From the NCBI RefSeq assembly GCF_009914755.1, contig NC_060937.1: 64,000 nt of DNA. One strand, 5' to 3'. This DNA is from the human T2T-CHM13v2.0 reference genome, Homo sapiens. The notes below the pieces were generated by a model. That model saw only the letters and a list, made by a program, of their open reading frames with translations, was not told the origin of the DNA and made no database searches. This document shows, one piece after another, positions 14,039-29,487 of this stretch (position 1 is the first letter of the stretch; every line of letters begins with the position of its first letter). The position numbers were made by a program, and so were the translations under genes.

Positions 14039-15580
14039 TTTTTTTTTTTTCAACTTTTATTTTAGACTCAGGGGGTACATATGCAGGTTTGTTACAGAAG
14101 GATACTGTGTGATGCTGAGGTTTGGGATGTAATTGAACCTGTCACCCAGGTAGTGAGCATAGTACCCAATGGGTAATTTTTCAAGCCTTGCTCTCCCACT
14201 CTTCCTCCCCTTGAAGTCCCCAGTGTCTATTATTGCCATCTTTAAGTCCATTTGTACCCAATGTTTAGCTCTTACTTATAAGTGAGAACATGTGGTATTT
14301 GGTTTTCTGGTTTTTTTGCATTAATTCGCTCAGGATAATGGCCTCCAGCTGCATCCATTTTGCTGCAAAGGACATGATTTCATTCTCTTTTATGGCTGTG
14401 TAGTATTCCATGGTGTATATATGCCATGTTTTCTTTATCCATTCCACTGTTGATGGGCTCCTGGGTTGATCCCATATCTTTGCTATTGTAAGGAGTGCTG
14501 TGATGAACATACAGGTGCATGTATCTTTTTGGTAGAATAATTTATTTTCCTTTGAGTACATAGCCAATAGTGGCCAATAGTGGGATTTCTGGATCGAATG
14601 GTAGTTCTGTTTTTAGTTCTTTGAGAATTCTTCAAACTGCTTTCCATAGTGGCTGAACTAATTTACATTCTCACCAAAAGTGTTCCCTTTTCTCTGCAGC
14701 CCTGCCAACATCATCTGTTATTTTTTTACTTTTAAATAATACCTGCTCTGACTGGTAGGAGATGGTATCTCATTGTGGTTTTCATTTGCTTTGCTCTGAT
14801 GATTAGTGATGATGGGCGTTTTTTAATATGTTTGTGATCACTTGTATGTCTTCTTTTGAGAAGTGTCTGTTTATGTCTTTTGCCTACCTTTTAATGGGGT
14901 TATTTGTATCTTATTGATTTGTGTAAGTTCCTTATAGATTCTGGATGTTAGTCTTTTGTCAGTTGCATAGTTTCTCTCACTCTAGGTTGTCTGTTTACTC
15001 TGTTGATACTTTATTTTGCTGTGCAGAAGCTCTTTAGTTTAATAAGGCCCCCACTTGTCAATTTTTATTTTTGTTGCAATTGCTTTTGAGCACTTAGTCA
15101 TAAATTGTTTGCCAAGGCTGATGTTGAGAAGGGTATTTCCTAGGTTTTCTTCTAGGATTTTTATAGCTTGAGGTCTTACAGTTAATTCTTTAATCCATCT
15201 TTAGTTAATTTTTGTATATGGTGATAGGTAGGAGTCCAGTTTTATTCCTCTGCATATGGCTGGTCAGTTATCCCAGCATCATTTATTGAACAGGGAGTCC
15301 TTTCCCCATTGCTTATTTTTGTTGACTTTGTTGGAGATCAGATAGCTATAGGTGTGTGGCTTTATTTCTGGGTTCTCTATTCTCTTTCTTTGGCCTATGT
15401 GTCTGTTTTTGTATCAGTACTATATTGTCTTGATTACTGTAGCCTTGTAGTATAGTTTGCAGTTGGGTAATGTGATACCTCTGGCTTTGTTCTTTTTGCT
15501 TAGGATTGCTTTGGCTATCCAAGCTTTTTTTTGGTTCCATATGAATTTTAGAATAGTTATTTTCTAATTCTGTGAAAAAT
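14039..15580 (-). mobile_element. 5'-truncated older primate L1 (L1PA15/16-like): 3'UTR and ORF2 C-terminal remnant
   Basis: Poly-T followed by an L1 3'UTR. ORF 14265-14567 translates to L1 ORF2-like [18 protein letters not shown]. Confidence 0.9.
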
Positions 15581-16388
15581 CACAGTAGTTACCTTTTTAT
15601 AAACATTATTTTGTTACTATTTTCCCAGACTACTAACTGTTCTTCATAAATATGTTTTTTAATGACAGTATAATTTTTGATTATTTGGATATTTGATTAT
15701 TTAATAACCATGATCCTGTTTGGACATTTGGATTATTCACAAATGTTCACTATTTGAAGAATCAGATTATAAGTAAATATTTGTCCACATATTTTATTGT
15801 TTCCTTATAATGGATTTTTGGATGTGGGCTTATTGGATTTTCAAATATATATTTATGGGAATATATTTCATGGAAAGTTTATAAGCTTTTGCACTCTAGG
15901 CTTATTTTAATGGTCTTGCACTCTAACAAACAGTGGGTGTGAAAGCTTAATGCCACCTTGTTAGCATTGGTTGTTACCTTTGGAAATAAGTGTAAAAACA
16001 TTTTATTGTGGTTTTAATTCATATTTCCCTGATTAGTAGTGATTTTGAACATTTTTTCATACTTACTAATCAATTGTCATCTTATAGAGAATTGTCTTTT
16101 ATATTCTTTGCTAAATTATTAGAGTATCAATATTTTTCTTATTGACTAAAAGTATTCTATAACTTAAGGACATTAATTATTTCTACTGTGTTTGTTGTAA
16201 ATTTCCTTTCTTGGTTTATACTTTGCCTTTAATTTTGCCTATGATTTTTGACATGCAGGTGTTTTTAGTTTTTATGTAGACATATATACATAAACTTTTC
16301 CTTTACACAGATATTGTACTTAGAAAGATATTTCATTTTACAGGAAATTTAACCAGACACTTTTATTTTCTTCTGATTTTTTTAATAG

Positions 16389-16701
<313 letters not shown>

Positions 16702-19700
16702 TATTTTTGTTTTATATTTAATTACTTAAATCATCTAGAGAATGTGTAATTATGTTTAAATATGCTGTGAGGTAAAGCTGTAATTTAATTATTTTCTCAC
16801 CAGTTTAGTTTTTCATTTAATCTGTAGGATTATTTTGTCAAGTTCTAAGAGTAAGTTCCAATGGGATTTTTACTGAGATTTTGTTAGATGCATAACTTAC
16901 TTTGGGAAAACAAACATCTTTACAAACTTAAATATTCTTATTTGGGAATATAGTATTTCTTTTTAGTTACTCAAGTCTTAAGAATACCTTTCACTAATGT
17001 TCGGTTCTTCATCTTCAATAGGTTCTAGACATATCTTTGTATGAGTATGTGTAGATATTTTCATTGCTATTAATGAAATCTGTTTTTTTCCAGCTAGGTC
17101 TACCAACTGGTCATTTTGTGGTAAAGTTTTATATTTTTATATATTTATCTTTTAAATAACCAGTTTACTAAACTATTAATGGAAAAATTTTCCATTTTAT
17201 TTATTTTGGGTTTTAGTACATAATATAGTATGTAATTTAGTTTTTAAAAATTGCATGCAATTCTTTCTAATAGTTACACCTCTTTTATTATATATTTTAC
17301 ATTATATTACATGGGCTAGAATATCCAGAACAGTATTAAAGAGTAATAATAGCCGTCTTTGTCTAATTGGTGATTTTATTGATGTGCTTTACCATTAATT
17401 CTGACACTAGCTGTTGCTAATATGATAAAGACTATCCATCCTTTTATACTTAGTTTCCTTAAGGTTTAAATTAATAATTGGTGTTGGTTGTTATCAGAAA
17501 GCTTTTTGGCATCTATTGAGGTGTCTATAAAGTTTTTACTACTTACTATCAAACTGTACCCAAATGTCTAATAAACTCACCCTGGCAGTAGATAAAGGAT
17601 CAATAGCATAATGGATACATCCTATCTTTCTTAACCTTTGTCAAATATAGTTTTCAATTAGACTTTCTACACTTTTATTAAGGAATTTTGCAGACATATT
17701 CATAAGCAATGCTGCTGTTAGGCTTTAGCGTTAGAATTAGGCTAGCTTTCCATTTTTTCCAATGTTCTGGAAGGATTCATTTTGCATTATTATATTCTAT
17801 TGCTGGAAAATGTTTAAGAATCTTAGAGGTAAAACTATCTAGCACTGGAGCCTTTTTGTTGTTATAGTTTTCTTTAATCTGCAAGAGTTTCTCATCTGTT
17901 CTTTGTCTTACTTGACATTTTTGAGTACAGGGTAAATATTTGCTGGAATATTTCTTATTCTAATATTTCTTTTTGATTAAATTCAAGTCATACTCTTAGG
18001 GCACCTCCAGGAGTAATATGTCTTTCTCAGTACACCATGGCAGGAATCACAGTCTATCCCAATATCAGTGTTGTTGACTTTGATCACTTGATTAAGGTGC
18101 TGCCTACAGTTTTCATTGTGAATTATTGTTGATTATTTTTATAATTAATAAGTAATTTGTGGGTAAGTATTCTGGGACTTTGTAAGTATCCTATTTCTTA
18201 TCGGATGTTTGCCCACTATTTTTAGGATCTGATGATTTTCTAACTTTCATTTCTTCTATATTTATCAGTTGGCATTCTTCTGTAAGGAAGAACTTTCCCT
18301 TTTCCTTGCTTCTTCCCTCATTTATGAATTCTTAACAGTATGGATTTATAGATTTTTATTTTATCCAGTGGGCTATATTGCATTATTATTATTAATTTTA
18401 ATGCTCATGTTGTTTCAGAAGAGCTAGTGGGAGACCCTTCAAGCTGACTTGTGTATCTTTTGGGTATGTTTCTATCATTCTTTAATACATTCCTGCTTCT
18501 GCGACTGGAGTTTCAGCCTCTTGTCCTGTGCAAGCCCTGAATCCACCTTTTTTTCAAAGAACCCTGGTTCCTTTCAGTGAAGAATGGTATTTAGAAACCA
18601 AGATCTAGGCAGTAGGTATGCTCATTGCTATTGGTATGTCATTGCTTAGGAGCCAAAGCTAGGAAATGTGTGTGTGTGTACAACATGTACACACACATAT
18701 ATACACTATATACTCGTATCAACATTTCTAAATCTATCCATGTATCTATCAGTATTTATCTATGTGTGTGGTTTTTTGTAGATTCCCTTTATCAGGCTGA
18801 GAAAGTTTCCTTCTGTTCCTAGTTCACTGAGAGTTTTTATCATATATAGGTATTTATCATATGTGGATATTGTCAAATAATTTGTATCTACTGAGATGAT
18901 CAAGTAGTTTTCTTTTTAATAGAGGAATGTCTTTTAATATATGAATTATAATGATTGATTTTTGAATGTTAAACTAATTTTGCATTCTTGAGATAATCCC
19001 TACTTGGTCACAGTATATTATTCTTTTTATATGTAGTATGGGGTTTTTTTCCTAATATTTTGTTAAGTACTTTTTTGTATCTCTGTTCATGAGGGATATT
19101 GGTCTGTGGTTTTCTTTACTTGTAATGATTTTGTCTGATTTTGATGTCAGAGTAAAACTGGGCTTATAAAATGAGTTGGGAAGTATTCTTTCATCACTTA
19201 TTTTCTGAAAGAGTTTGTGTGAGGTTGGTGTTGTTGCTTCCTTATATGTCGGACACAATTCACCAGTGAAGCCATTTGGACCTGGAATTTTCTTTGGGGG
19301 AAACTTTTAAATTACTAATTCAATTTCTATAATAGATGAAGAGCTATTCTAATTTTCTTTTTTTTTCTTGTGCCAGTTTTGGTAATTTATGTCTTTCAAG
19401 AAATGTATCCATTTGATCTAGGTTGTCAAATTTATTGGCATAAGTTGTTCATCACATTTTTATTATCCTTTTAATGTCTGTGGATCTGTAGTGATATTCC
19501 CTTTTTCATACCTGATGTTGGTCATCTGTGTCTTCTTTTTGCTTTCTCTGTTAGTATAGCTAAAGGTTTGTCAATTTCATTGATCCTTTCAAAGAATCAT
19601 TGTCTTCTGGCTTGCATAATCTCTGATGAGACATCTATGATATTTCTTATATTTCTTCTCCTTTACATAATGTGTCTCCTCCTCATGGGTTCTTTTAAGA

Positions 19701-20108
19701 TTTTCTTCTTTATTACTAGTTTTCAGCAAGTTGACTATGATGTGTTGATGTGGTTTTCTTTTTGTTTATCTCATTTGGGAGTGTATTAAGCTCCTTGAAC
19801 TTTTGAGTTTTTAATTTTCATCAAATATGGAAAATTTCTGGCCAATATTTCTTTAAATACCTTTTTCCATTCTTTCCTCCCTTTTCTCCCTATCCCCTCA
19901 GCTTCTGGCCTCCAATTTCATGTATGCTGGAACACTTGGTATTGTCCTCCAGGTCCTATCACTGAGTTTCTGTTTTGTTGGTTGTTTGTTTTTTTATGTT
20001 CCATTTTTAGACAGTTTCTAGGTGTATCTTCAAGTTTACTTTGATTTATAGCATTTCATCTTCTGTTAACCTTAGTTATTTAATTTTTACTTTAAATATT
20101 GTAATTTT

Positions 20109-20413
<305 letters not shown>

Positions 20414-20864
20414 TAAATATTGTAATTTTTAGTTCTAGACGTTCCATTTGGTTCTTCTTTATGTCTTCCCGTATCTGTTCTTATTATGCTTGCAGTTTTC
20501 TTTAAATACTTCAATATAGTTAAAATAGCTACTTAAATGTCCTCATTTGCTAGTTCTATTATCTTTGTTATTTTCTATCTTCTAGGTCTATTTTTCTCCT
20601 CTCTCTTTTACTTTATTTTGAAATAATTTTATACTTTTCTAGAAAAGTCACAAAAATAGTAGAGTTTAGATATGATGTTCACCCAGCTTCCCTCAGTATT
20701 AGCATACATGACCATACTACAAAGATCAAAACCAGAAAATTTACCTTATTGTACTTTCACCTATCTTTCCACTAATACTTTTTTAATTTCAGAATTCAGT
20801 CTGTGATGGTACATTGCATTTAGCTGCCACATCTCTTCAGTGTTTTCTAATTTGTAAGAGTCCC

Positions 20865-21167
<303 letters not shown>

Positions 21168-21974
21168 TCAATATTCCTTTGTCTTTCAATGACCTTGACA
21201 CTTTTGAGAGTAGTAGCCAGTTTTTTTATAAATGCCCCTTAATTTTTGAGATACTTTGAAACTATGTTAATATCCTATTTCTTTTACGATCATTTCACTA
21301 TACTACTAACTAATAATACTGACAAACACTGTATAGCATTTATGTGCTTGGCATTGATCTAAGCACTTTACATATAATAACTCATTTAATCCCTACAAAA
21401 ATTATAATCATAGAGTGCCATACGAGCCAGAATAGTGACACCCACCCAAAGCTCAAAAGATGAGAGGAGGAGCTGCTTAAACACTTGCATTATTATCCCT
21501 GTTGAAAGTTAGCTTCTTCACAATAGGAACTCTGTACCATTCAAGCTTGTGTCTTGCACGGTGCCGAGCACACAGTATGCAATTGGTAAAGGATGAGTAC
21601 ATGATAGTCAGACAGGTTGAATAATCTCAGCAATATTCTCACTAATTGAGACTTGATTGTTTTTTCCAGCAAAGTCGAGATCTTTATCTACCTTTAAAGT
21701 GCCTAAGCTGTTTTCTGGGTTTCTTTTGGGTCCTTGAATATGCCAAGCTGTTTCCACACTGGTGCCTTTGTATGACTGGTTTGTCTCTATGTGCCTTTTT
21801 CTGAATCTTCACAGGACTGGCTCCATCTTGTTATTATCACTTATCTTAATCACTTTTCCAGAGACCCAATCCTTGACCTTCCTCCCCTACCCCCACCCAG
21901 CTCCTACTCAGTACTCTCCATACCATTTTCCTGCCTTACTCCCTGCATAGGACCTTGCCTGACTGCTTCACATA

Positions 21975-22383
21975 TAGTCATGCCCCGCACAGCAATGGTT
22001 TGATTGATGGCAGACTGCATATGCGATGGTGGTCCCATGAGACTATAACACAGAGCTGAAAAATTCCTATCACCTAGTGAGTTGTAGCCATCATAACGTA
22101 AGGTTGTAGCACATTGCATTACCTTTTATATGTTTAAATAAGTTTAGATATACAAGTACTTACTATTGTTTTACAGTTGCCTACAGTATTCAGTACACTA
22201 ACATGCTATACAGGTTTGTACCCCAGGAGCAGTAGGCTGTACCATATAGCCAAGGTGTGTAGCAGACTACACCATAGGTCTGTATAAGTTGTATAAGTAC
22301 ACTCTGTGATGTTCACACAACAACGAAATTGCTTAGCAACACTTTTCCCATAACATATCCCATCATTAAGCAACACATGACTG
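21975..22383 (+). mobile_element. TcMar-Tigger non-autonomous element (Tigger3/MER47-like) nested in an L2 remnant
   Basis: Inverted termini tagtcatgc... / ...acatgactg, flanked by TA dinucleotides. Confidence 0.8.
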
Positions 22384-25082
22384 TACATACACAGCACCTA
22401 ACTTGGGGTTGCATACAGTAGACCTTCAACAGATGTTTGTTGCATGAGAGAATTAACCAACCAACCAATCCATCAATCCATCCTGGACACCCCAGACAGG
22501 TGTTCAGCAATACAGTGTTGGAGTCCTTGACAGCCTTGTGGCTAAACCTTGAACTTCAAGAGTCGTTCTGAGAATGAGTTTTCTGTGATGCATTAGTATT
22601 TGAAGTCCAAGGACTTATTCATAAACTCACTCATAAACTTGTATGGGCCTTAAATTTGTGTGTTAATGTTGCTGGTAATAAATGAAATAGATACAGTCTT
22701 TAATCTCTCTGGATAAAGGGCTGTGAATTTTCTTCTGTCAGTTGATTGAACTGCACTTACTGGAGTCATTTTACGTAGCATTTAGAGATTATTTATATTA
22801 AGCCCGCAACCTAAATTATTGCAGTTTGAGAATATATGTGGTTTTTATAAACTCTTTGTATTCACAGAGGCTTGAATAGGAGCTCATATTATGATTTAGC
22901 TACAAATTATTTGGGAATTTGGTAAACTGGCAATTTTGTTTTCTTGCCTGTTTCACTTTACCTTTGATGCCAAGTTGAAGATCTCACTGGCAATGTACAA
23001 CATAACTGAGCTGAATAATAATTGAAAAGTGAAAAACAAAAGGTATTACACATACCAGGTGCCATTTTGGGGAATAATATTAGGAATAAATCCATGTGGG
23101 TTTATAGTTATACATAAAATGTTCATATACACACATAACACACATAAACACACATATATACACATAAGTACACACAAACATAAATGCATACCCACATATG
23201 GCACAGATACAGACTTAAATCTACATAGCCTGTCCTTTAGAATTCTTTAAGGAATTTCAGACTAGAGCCTTTTTAGACTCTTGTACTAAACATTAGGATA
23301 CGCTAGCCTACTTGAATCCTTTGGCCCTTTGCTTCTCTTACTTACATCATTTTTCTCTTTGATTAATGTGCCAAGTTTGGGAAAGCTTCACAACATTTCC
23401 ACAAACTGCAAAACCACTTGGGTACATAGACAAAAGCCTCCATCTTTTTCATCAAGCCATATATTTTTTTTTTTCTGAAACTGATCACAGGTTGCCAACA
23501 TTCTTTTTTATTTCTAGTTTATCTTCAATTTAAATTTACCTTGTAGTCTCAGACCCTGTCATCTTTCAAGGTTTGTGCTTCTCGGTTCTGCACTGCCAAA
23601 GAGACTCTCCTCTGTAAGGCTTAAATTGGATGTCAAGTGGAATTGTCTTTTGTTTGTTCGAATCTGTTTCATATTGTGCTGCTGTCCATTCCCAAAATCA
23701 TATTTCTCTTATTTGGGGCCTTAGCAAGACACAAAGGCAAGCTCTAAGTGAGAACCTAAAGTGTACCTGTTTTCTTACTAAATGTACAGTGTTGTTTATA
23801 TTGTATGCAAACTTCTGACAACAGTGAACAAATATCTTAATCTTTAAAAATATAAATAAAGTGAAAAAAGGACTTCACATCAACCATGTTTCAGTACTAA
23901 ACAGACTAATTAATACAACATGGCAGGATTGTTCCTGGTTGTAGTCTCAGTTCCGCCTTAATTCTGTGAGCCATGGAGGAAGTCATTGGCATCTCTGGCC
24001 CCCAGTCACTTCTCAGCATGAAATGGGACTATATCATCAAGATTTTTTATGTCTTTCCCTCCAGCCGCTGGTGCTTGGGGAGCCATGTCTCCTTTACACC
24101 TGGGAGGAAAGTGCTTTTAGAGTTATCTTTCATGCAGTGCTTACCATGCACTAGGCACTCCCCTAAACTCTTTAGATGAACCAGCTCATGTGTTTTGCTG
24201 GAAGAAAGTCTGGAAGAAAATACAACAAAATGCTCATACTGGGTTTTGGGGTGCCCATGATATGTGTATATGTATATTTCTTTTCTTCATTTTTCAAAGA
24301 TTATTTCACTTTGCCATAGAAAGAAATACAAAGAACACAATTGTTGGAAAGTAATAACAAAGACTGGCAAAGCGCATTGTGATTTTTAAAGCAACTTTGA
24401 CATGAATTTATGTGTTTAATCTTTCCAGGAGCCATATGGCACAAAGGGTATTATTTCTCTTGTTTTGCAGTTGAACAAGGGAAGGTCAGCTCATTTCCCC
24501 AACATCACACAGCTAATGAGTAACTGAGCCAGAACTTGAATTCAGGACCTCTCACATCCAGACTCTACCACATCAAATTCCCTTTCCCCAGTGGCTCTAA
24601 CTTTGACTCTGTTACATCCTAGAACATCACCTCTTTACCAGATATGAAAGACAACCTTTTCACATAGTTTAGGAGTTGACTTTCTCTGTTCTTAAAGCTG
24701 ATCTAACTTGACTAGCTGCCTTGTATTACATATTTTCTCCCAAACACCCCTTTCTCTAGGACGAATCCAAAATTTGGCAATCTTGGGAGTTAGCTATGTC
24801 ATAGTCAGATCTCTTGGAAGACAAAGAGCTCCAGGTCTAGAGAAGCAAGTGGGAGGGTGTTTTCCAAGTGTACTTAGAAAATGTTTATGAGCTTTGTCCT
24901 CATCTGAATAATCAGAAGATATGATTTGATTTTTACACCTTGGTATACACTTGGAGATTACACAGTCCTGAGGTTTATATATTCCTCAGAGCCATTAGAC
25001 TGACCAAAAGGGTTCGTCCCTATGTTTCATAGTATTTTTACAGTTCTCACAGCAATCACTTATCAGTATTTAAATTGACCTT

Positions 25083-25370
25083 AGCTGGGCACAGTCACTC
25101 ACTTCTGTAATCCCAGTACTTTGGGAAGCTGAGGCCAGAAGTTTAAGTCCAGCCTGGACAACATAGCAAGACTGTTTCTACAAAAAAAAAAATAAAAAAT
25201 TAGCCAGGTGTGGTGGCACACACCTGTAATTCTAGCTACTTGGGAGGCTGAGGAGGGAGAATTGCTTGAGGCTAGGAATTCAAGGTTACAGTGGACTATG
25301 ATTATAACACTCCACTTCAGCTTGGGTGACAGAGCAAGACCCTGTCTCTTAAAAAAGTAAAATAAAATAA
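25083..25370 (+). mobile_element. AluJ-like
   Basis: Diverged dimer with a short left-arm deletion and an A-rich tail. Confidence 0.88.
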
Positions 25371-26880
25371 ATTAATCTTTACAACAACCCTCCAAGGTAG
25401 ACCAGAAAGAGGTGGTATCCTTATTTTATTGATGGTCTGTGTGAGGTCATACAGACAGTAGGTGGCCAAGCCCAGATGCCAAGCCTAAGCCTCGTTCCTT
25501 TTGTTTACCCAAGGTTCCTATTCATACCATTATATGACCATTTAGCCTTAAATAATCTGTTTTAATTGCAAATTTTATTTTAAGAAAGGAAAAAAATCAC
25601 ATTTATTCTGCTGCATCTTCTTGCTTTATTCATAATGAATTCTGCAGGTCAATTTATCCTCAACGATGGCAAGCCAGAATTTAAGTAAAGCTTCTACTTA
25701 GCTGGTACATTTGCATGTCAAATCTTTAATTCAGCTGTCAGTGTTTTAGCATTTACTGTACTTTCATTAATAAATGTTATTTTGATGGTCTCAGGCTAAT
25801 CAAGACTATTTGAAATGGGGGACGGCACCAAATGAAATTTACAGAGAAATCAGAGCTTCTTCATGGACTTTAAAATAATTGTTACTTTACACGTGTTTGA
25901 AATCAGAATACTTGTAAAATTAAAGTTAGACATGTTGTTCTTGCATAAACAAGCAAAAGAAGCTAAGGAATCAACTTAGATTTATTTGTTCCTTTAAGAG
26001 CATGTACTGAGCACCTGCTGTGTGCTAGACATGTTGTAGATAGAGGAAATGCGGATATCAACATGGCAGGCAAAAATAACCTGCCCTCAAGAATTTCCAT
26101 TCTAGAGCGAGTAGACAGATGATATCTCAGATAGTGCCAGGGCCTATGGAAAAAGCTGACCAGGCAGGGCACTGAATTCTGGGGAGTGGGTGGTCAGGGA
26201 AGGCCTTGCTTCCTTCTCATCCACATTCTGGCATAGAAGTTTGATTTCCATGTACATGTTTTTTTTTGTAACATATAGCTCCAGAATACGTTATTTTTAA
26301 CTTTGCACTCAATAAAAAATCAACTTGTAGTAATTAAACTTGTTCAGTACATTCTTCACAGGGACATTAGGTGCTACTACTTCTATCAGCAACAAGTATA
26401 TGCTTATCTATTTTTTATACATTGGAGTCTACACAAGGCTTCCTGCTTTTTATAAAAGGAACTGCCTCTACAAAAAAAAAAAAAAAAGAAAAATGGTTTA
26501 AGAATTACTCATCTCAGAACGTTACTTTCGTGCATTTCTTGTATTTTATTTTTTTTCCTATAAGATGGTGCCCATCCTGTAAGTTTGGGCCACCCCAACA
26601 TTATATTTCACTCCCTTTGAACATTCAAAGAAAAACATACTTCTTGGTGTGCTCTCGAGGAGCCTGCTATGAACCCTAGAATGAGATCTCGGAGGCTGGC
26701 CACGATGGGAACCCCTTCCTGTGTCTGAGGTCATCTCTTAGAAGCGAAAATGCTCAGCTGCCCTCAGGACTAAACCCGCCAGCCCTGCGTTCTGTTCTAG
26801 GAGCTGCAGATGGTGCTTGGGGTTTCAGGTGACTGTTTCTCCTCACCAGGACACACCACATGTTTTCCTTTCCTCTCTAG

Positions 26881-26913
26881 ATGGCAGCACAAAGACAGAA
26901 AAGGGGCAAGTGA
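26881..26913 (+). CDS. RNASEH2B: RNASEH2B alternative last exon (isoform 2): MAAQRQKRGK*, spliced from exon 9
   Basis: Strong acceptor tgttttcctttcctctctag directly before ATGGCAGCACAAAGACAGAAAAGGGGCAAGTGA; phase 0 matches the exon 9 donor. The peptide matches my recollection of the 257-aa RNASEH2B isoform C-terminus. Confidence 0.85.
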   Translation: MAAQRQKRGK

Positions 26914-27384
26914 TGGTGGTGGCTCCACGCAAGGCTTGGCGGTTTTCCCTGCAACTTCAGACACTCCCAGAGGACTCGGACTTTTTCTTCTGCACTTTTT
27001 TGGAAAATCGCCAGGTGCCAAAAGGTGCATTTTAAAGCGCTGACTGTAAATGCTTTATTTCTTTGATTAGTACCACTAGTCTATGTGGGCAGCGGCATTC
27101 CTCCCTGGAGCACTCAGCTAGGCGGTTCCGTCCAGGAGCTTGAAAGCATCCCAGCGGTGCACCTGTTCAGTCTGAGGACCTCAAGCTTGGGTCAGGCCAG
27201 CATGTTTTAGGTATGGATGTGGTGACTTAAAGTACTTGATTGTCTTGATTTCACCCTGAAAGCTTTGGCAAACCAAGTTTCAACCCTTACTTTAAAAATC
27301 TGACACTGCTTTACTCCATATCAATTTGGAAGCTTCTAATTCATAAATATACCTAAACGTTGGCATTTTATCTCTCCAGGAGTT

Positions 27385-27390
27385 ATTAAA
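27385..27390 (+). terminator. Candidate poly(A) signal (ATTAAA) for the alternative last exon
   Basis: Variant hexamer about 470 nt after the isoform-2 stop, followed by T/GT-rich sequence. Confidence 0.5.
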
Positions 27391-28321
27391 CATTTCTTCC
27401 TTTTTAGAAGATTTGTCCAGTATGTGTATTATTTTATTTTTCAGAGTAAGGACATAGGAGATGACGGAAGGTTGGAAGTAGATGCCAAAAAGTGATTTGG
27501 TGGGGAATCTGGTGCGTAGTGCATATGTTTTAGCAGGTAGTGGGAGGTTTTGTGCAAAAATGTCTGTGGATTTGAGCTGGCTTGTCCACTTGACATGCAA
27601 GAGGAATGTGTGGGTGCTGCTCAGCTGATCTTCCCGCATTCACACAGGACCCCAATCTGCTTCTTCAGGAAATAATTTTGTTTCTGAATCTCTGACTACA
27701 AGGAGTATTAATAATTAGATCCTAGTTCTGGGAAGTAGTCTGCCACTTTTCCACACCTCCCTTCACATGTAGAAATTTTTGTTAACCTCAAAGGACTTTA
27801 AAAATTCCTGCCCTTCTGTAGTGGAAAAGTGAATCTTCCCTCTGCAAAAACCAAAGCCACTAGATATTGATAATGTCCAAGTTTGTCACTAGAAACCCTG
27901 CTGTCTTACCTGTGCCCCAAGTTTCTGTTCCAACACTTTAAATTCAAACACCTAACATTACAAGATTTCATTGGGTTGTTTTTTTTCTTTTCACAAGTAA
28001 TTCATGATACATTCTCACAAAAAGAGAAGGCAGAAGTGATCCCCACCTCCCACTGCCAGCACTACTCAGGCTCCCCTGGGTGACTGCATCCTTGACCCTG
28101 AATCAAGCATGTTTCTTAGTTATCCAGTTTCCCACTTCCAGTTTCTATCTTTTGCCTTGCAGCCCGAGCAGCCCTACAGTCACTGTTCATGCAATCCATT
28201 TCATCGTTTCATCTAAGAATCCAATCCTATTGAGCTCTCCTTCAGAAATACCTCATGGGAAAATTAAAATTAAGACAAATCAAGAAATAGAAAACTCCAG
28301 CACTTGAATAAGCCCTTTTCT

Positions 28322-28324
<3 letters not shown>

Positions 28325-28352
<28 letters not shown>

Positions 28353-28641
28353 GGAGACAGAGTCTTGCTCTGTTGCCCAGATTGGAGTACGGTGGTGCAA
28401 TCTTGGCTCACTGCAGCCTCTGCCTCCAGGTTCAAGCGATTCTTCTGCCTCAGCCTCCCAAGTAGCTGGGATTACAGGCACGCACCACCACGCCTGGCTA
28501 ATTTTTTTAAAAATTATTTTTAGTAGAGACGGGGTTTCACCATGTTAGCCAGGCTGGTCTCGAACTCCTGACCGCAAGTGATCTACCCACTTCAGTCTCC
28601 CAAAGTGCTGGGATTACAGGCGTGAGCCACCGTGCCCGGCT
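28325..28641 (-). mobile_element. AluS-like
   Basis: Long poly-T followed by a full reverse dimer; TSD-like agccctt on both sides. Confidence 0.93.
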
Positions 28642-29136
28642 AGCCCTTTCTTCTTCATGCCCACTGCCACCAAGCATAAGGCTGTTCTCTTGAGGGCAGA
28701 GACCATATGGGCCATGTATCAAATAGAGACAAACCCGCGGTGCTAAGAACACCAAGATAGCACTGAGCATGCCGCATGTATCCCCCACTCAGCGCATGAG
28801 TCACTGACACACAAGGTGACATACTCCTTCCCTATCAAGTTGTCAAGGACTTTTAGAAAACAGCCATGCTCAGAGCTAGAGAGGAGGTGGGAAGTGGGCC
28901 TTGCTGGTAAGAATAGAAAATGGTACAACTTTTGGAGACCAACTTGGAAATAAATATGAAAAGCCTGAATTTGTTGCATTTTCTTTGTTTCAGCAATATC
29001 CATTGTTAGAAATACAGCCTTAGGAAATAATCATGAATATGTGCAAAGATTTAGCTACAAGAATATTCACTGTGGTTCTGTTTAAATAGTAAGTAATTGG
29101 AAAAAAACTAAATTAGAAGGCTGAAATTATTTTTTA

Positions 29137-29487
<351 letters not shown>

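Noticed and set aside
26881-26913. Resemblance of MAAQR (alternative exon) to MTAAQK (exon 11), suggesting exon duplication
   Set aside because: The match covers only about 5 residues with no flanking nucleotide similarity that I can see; likely chance.
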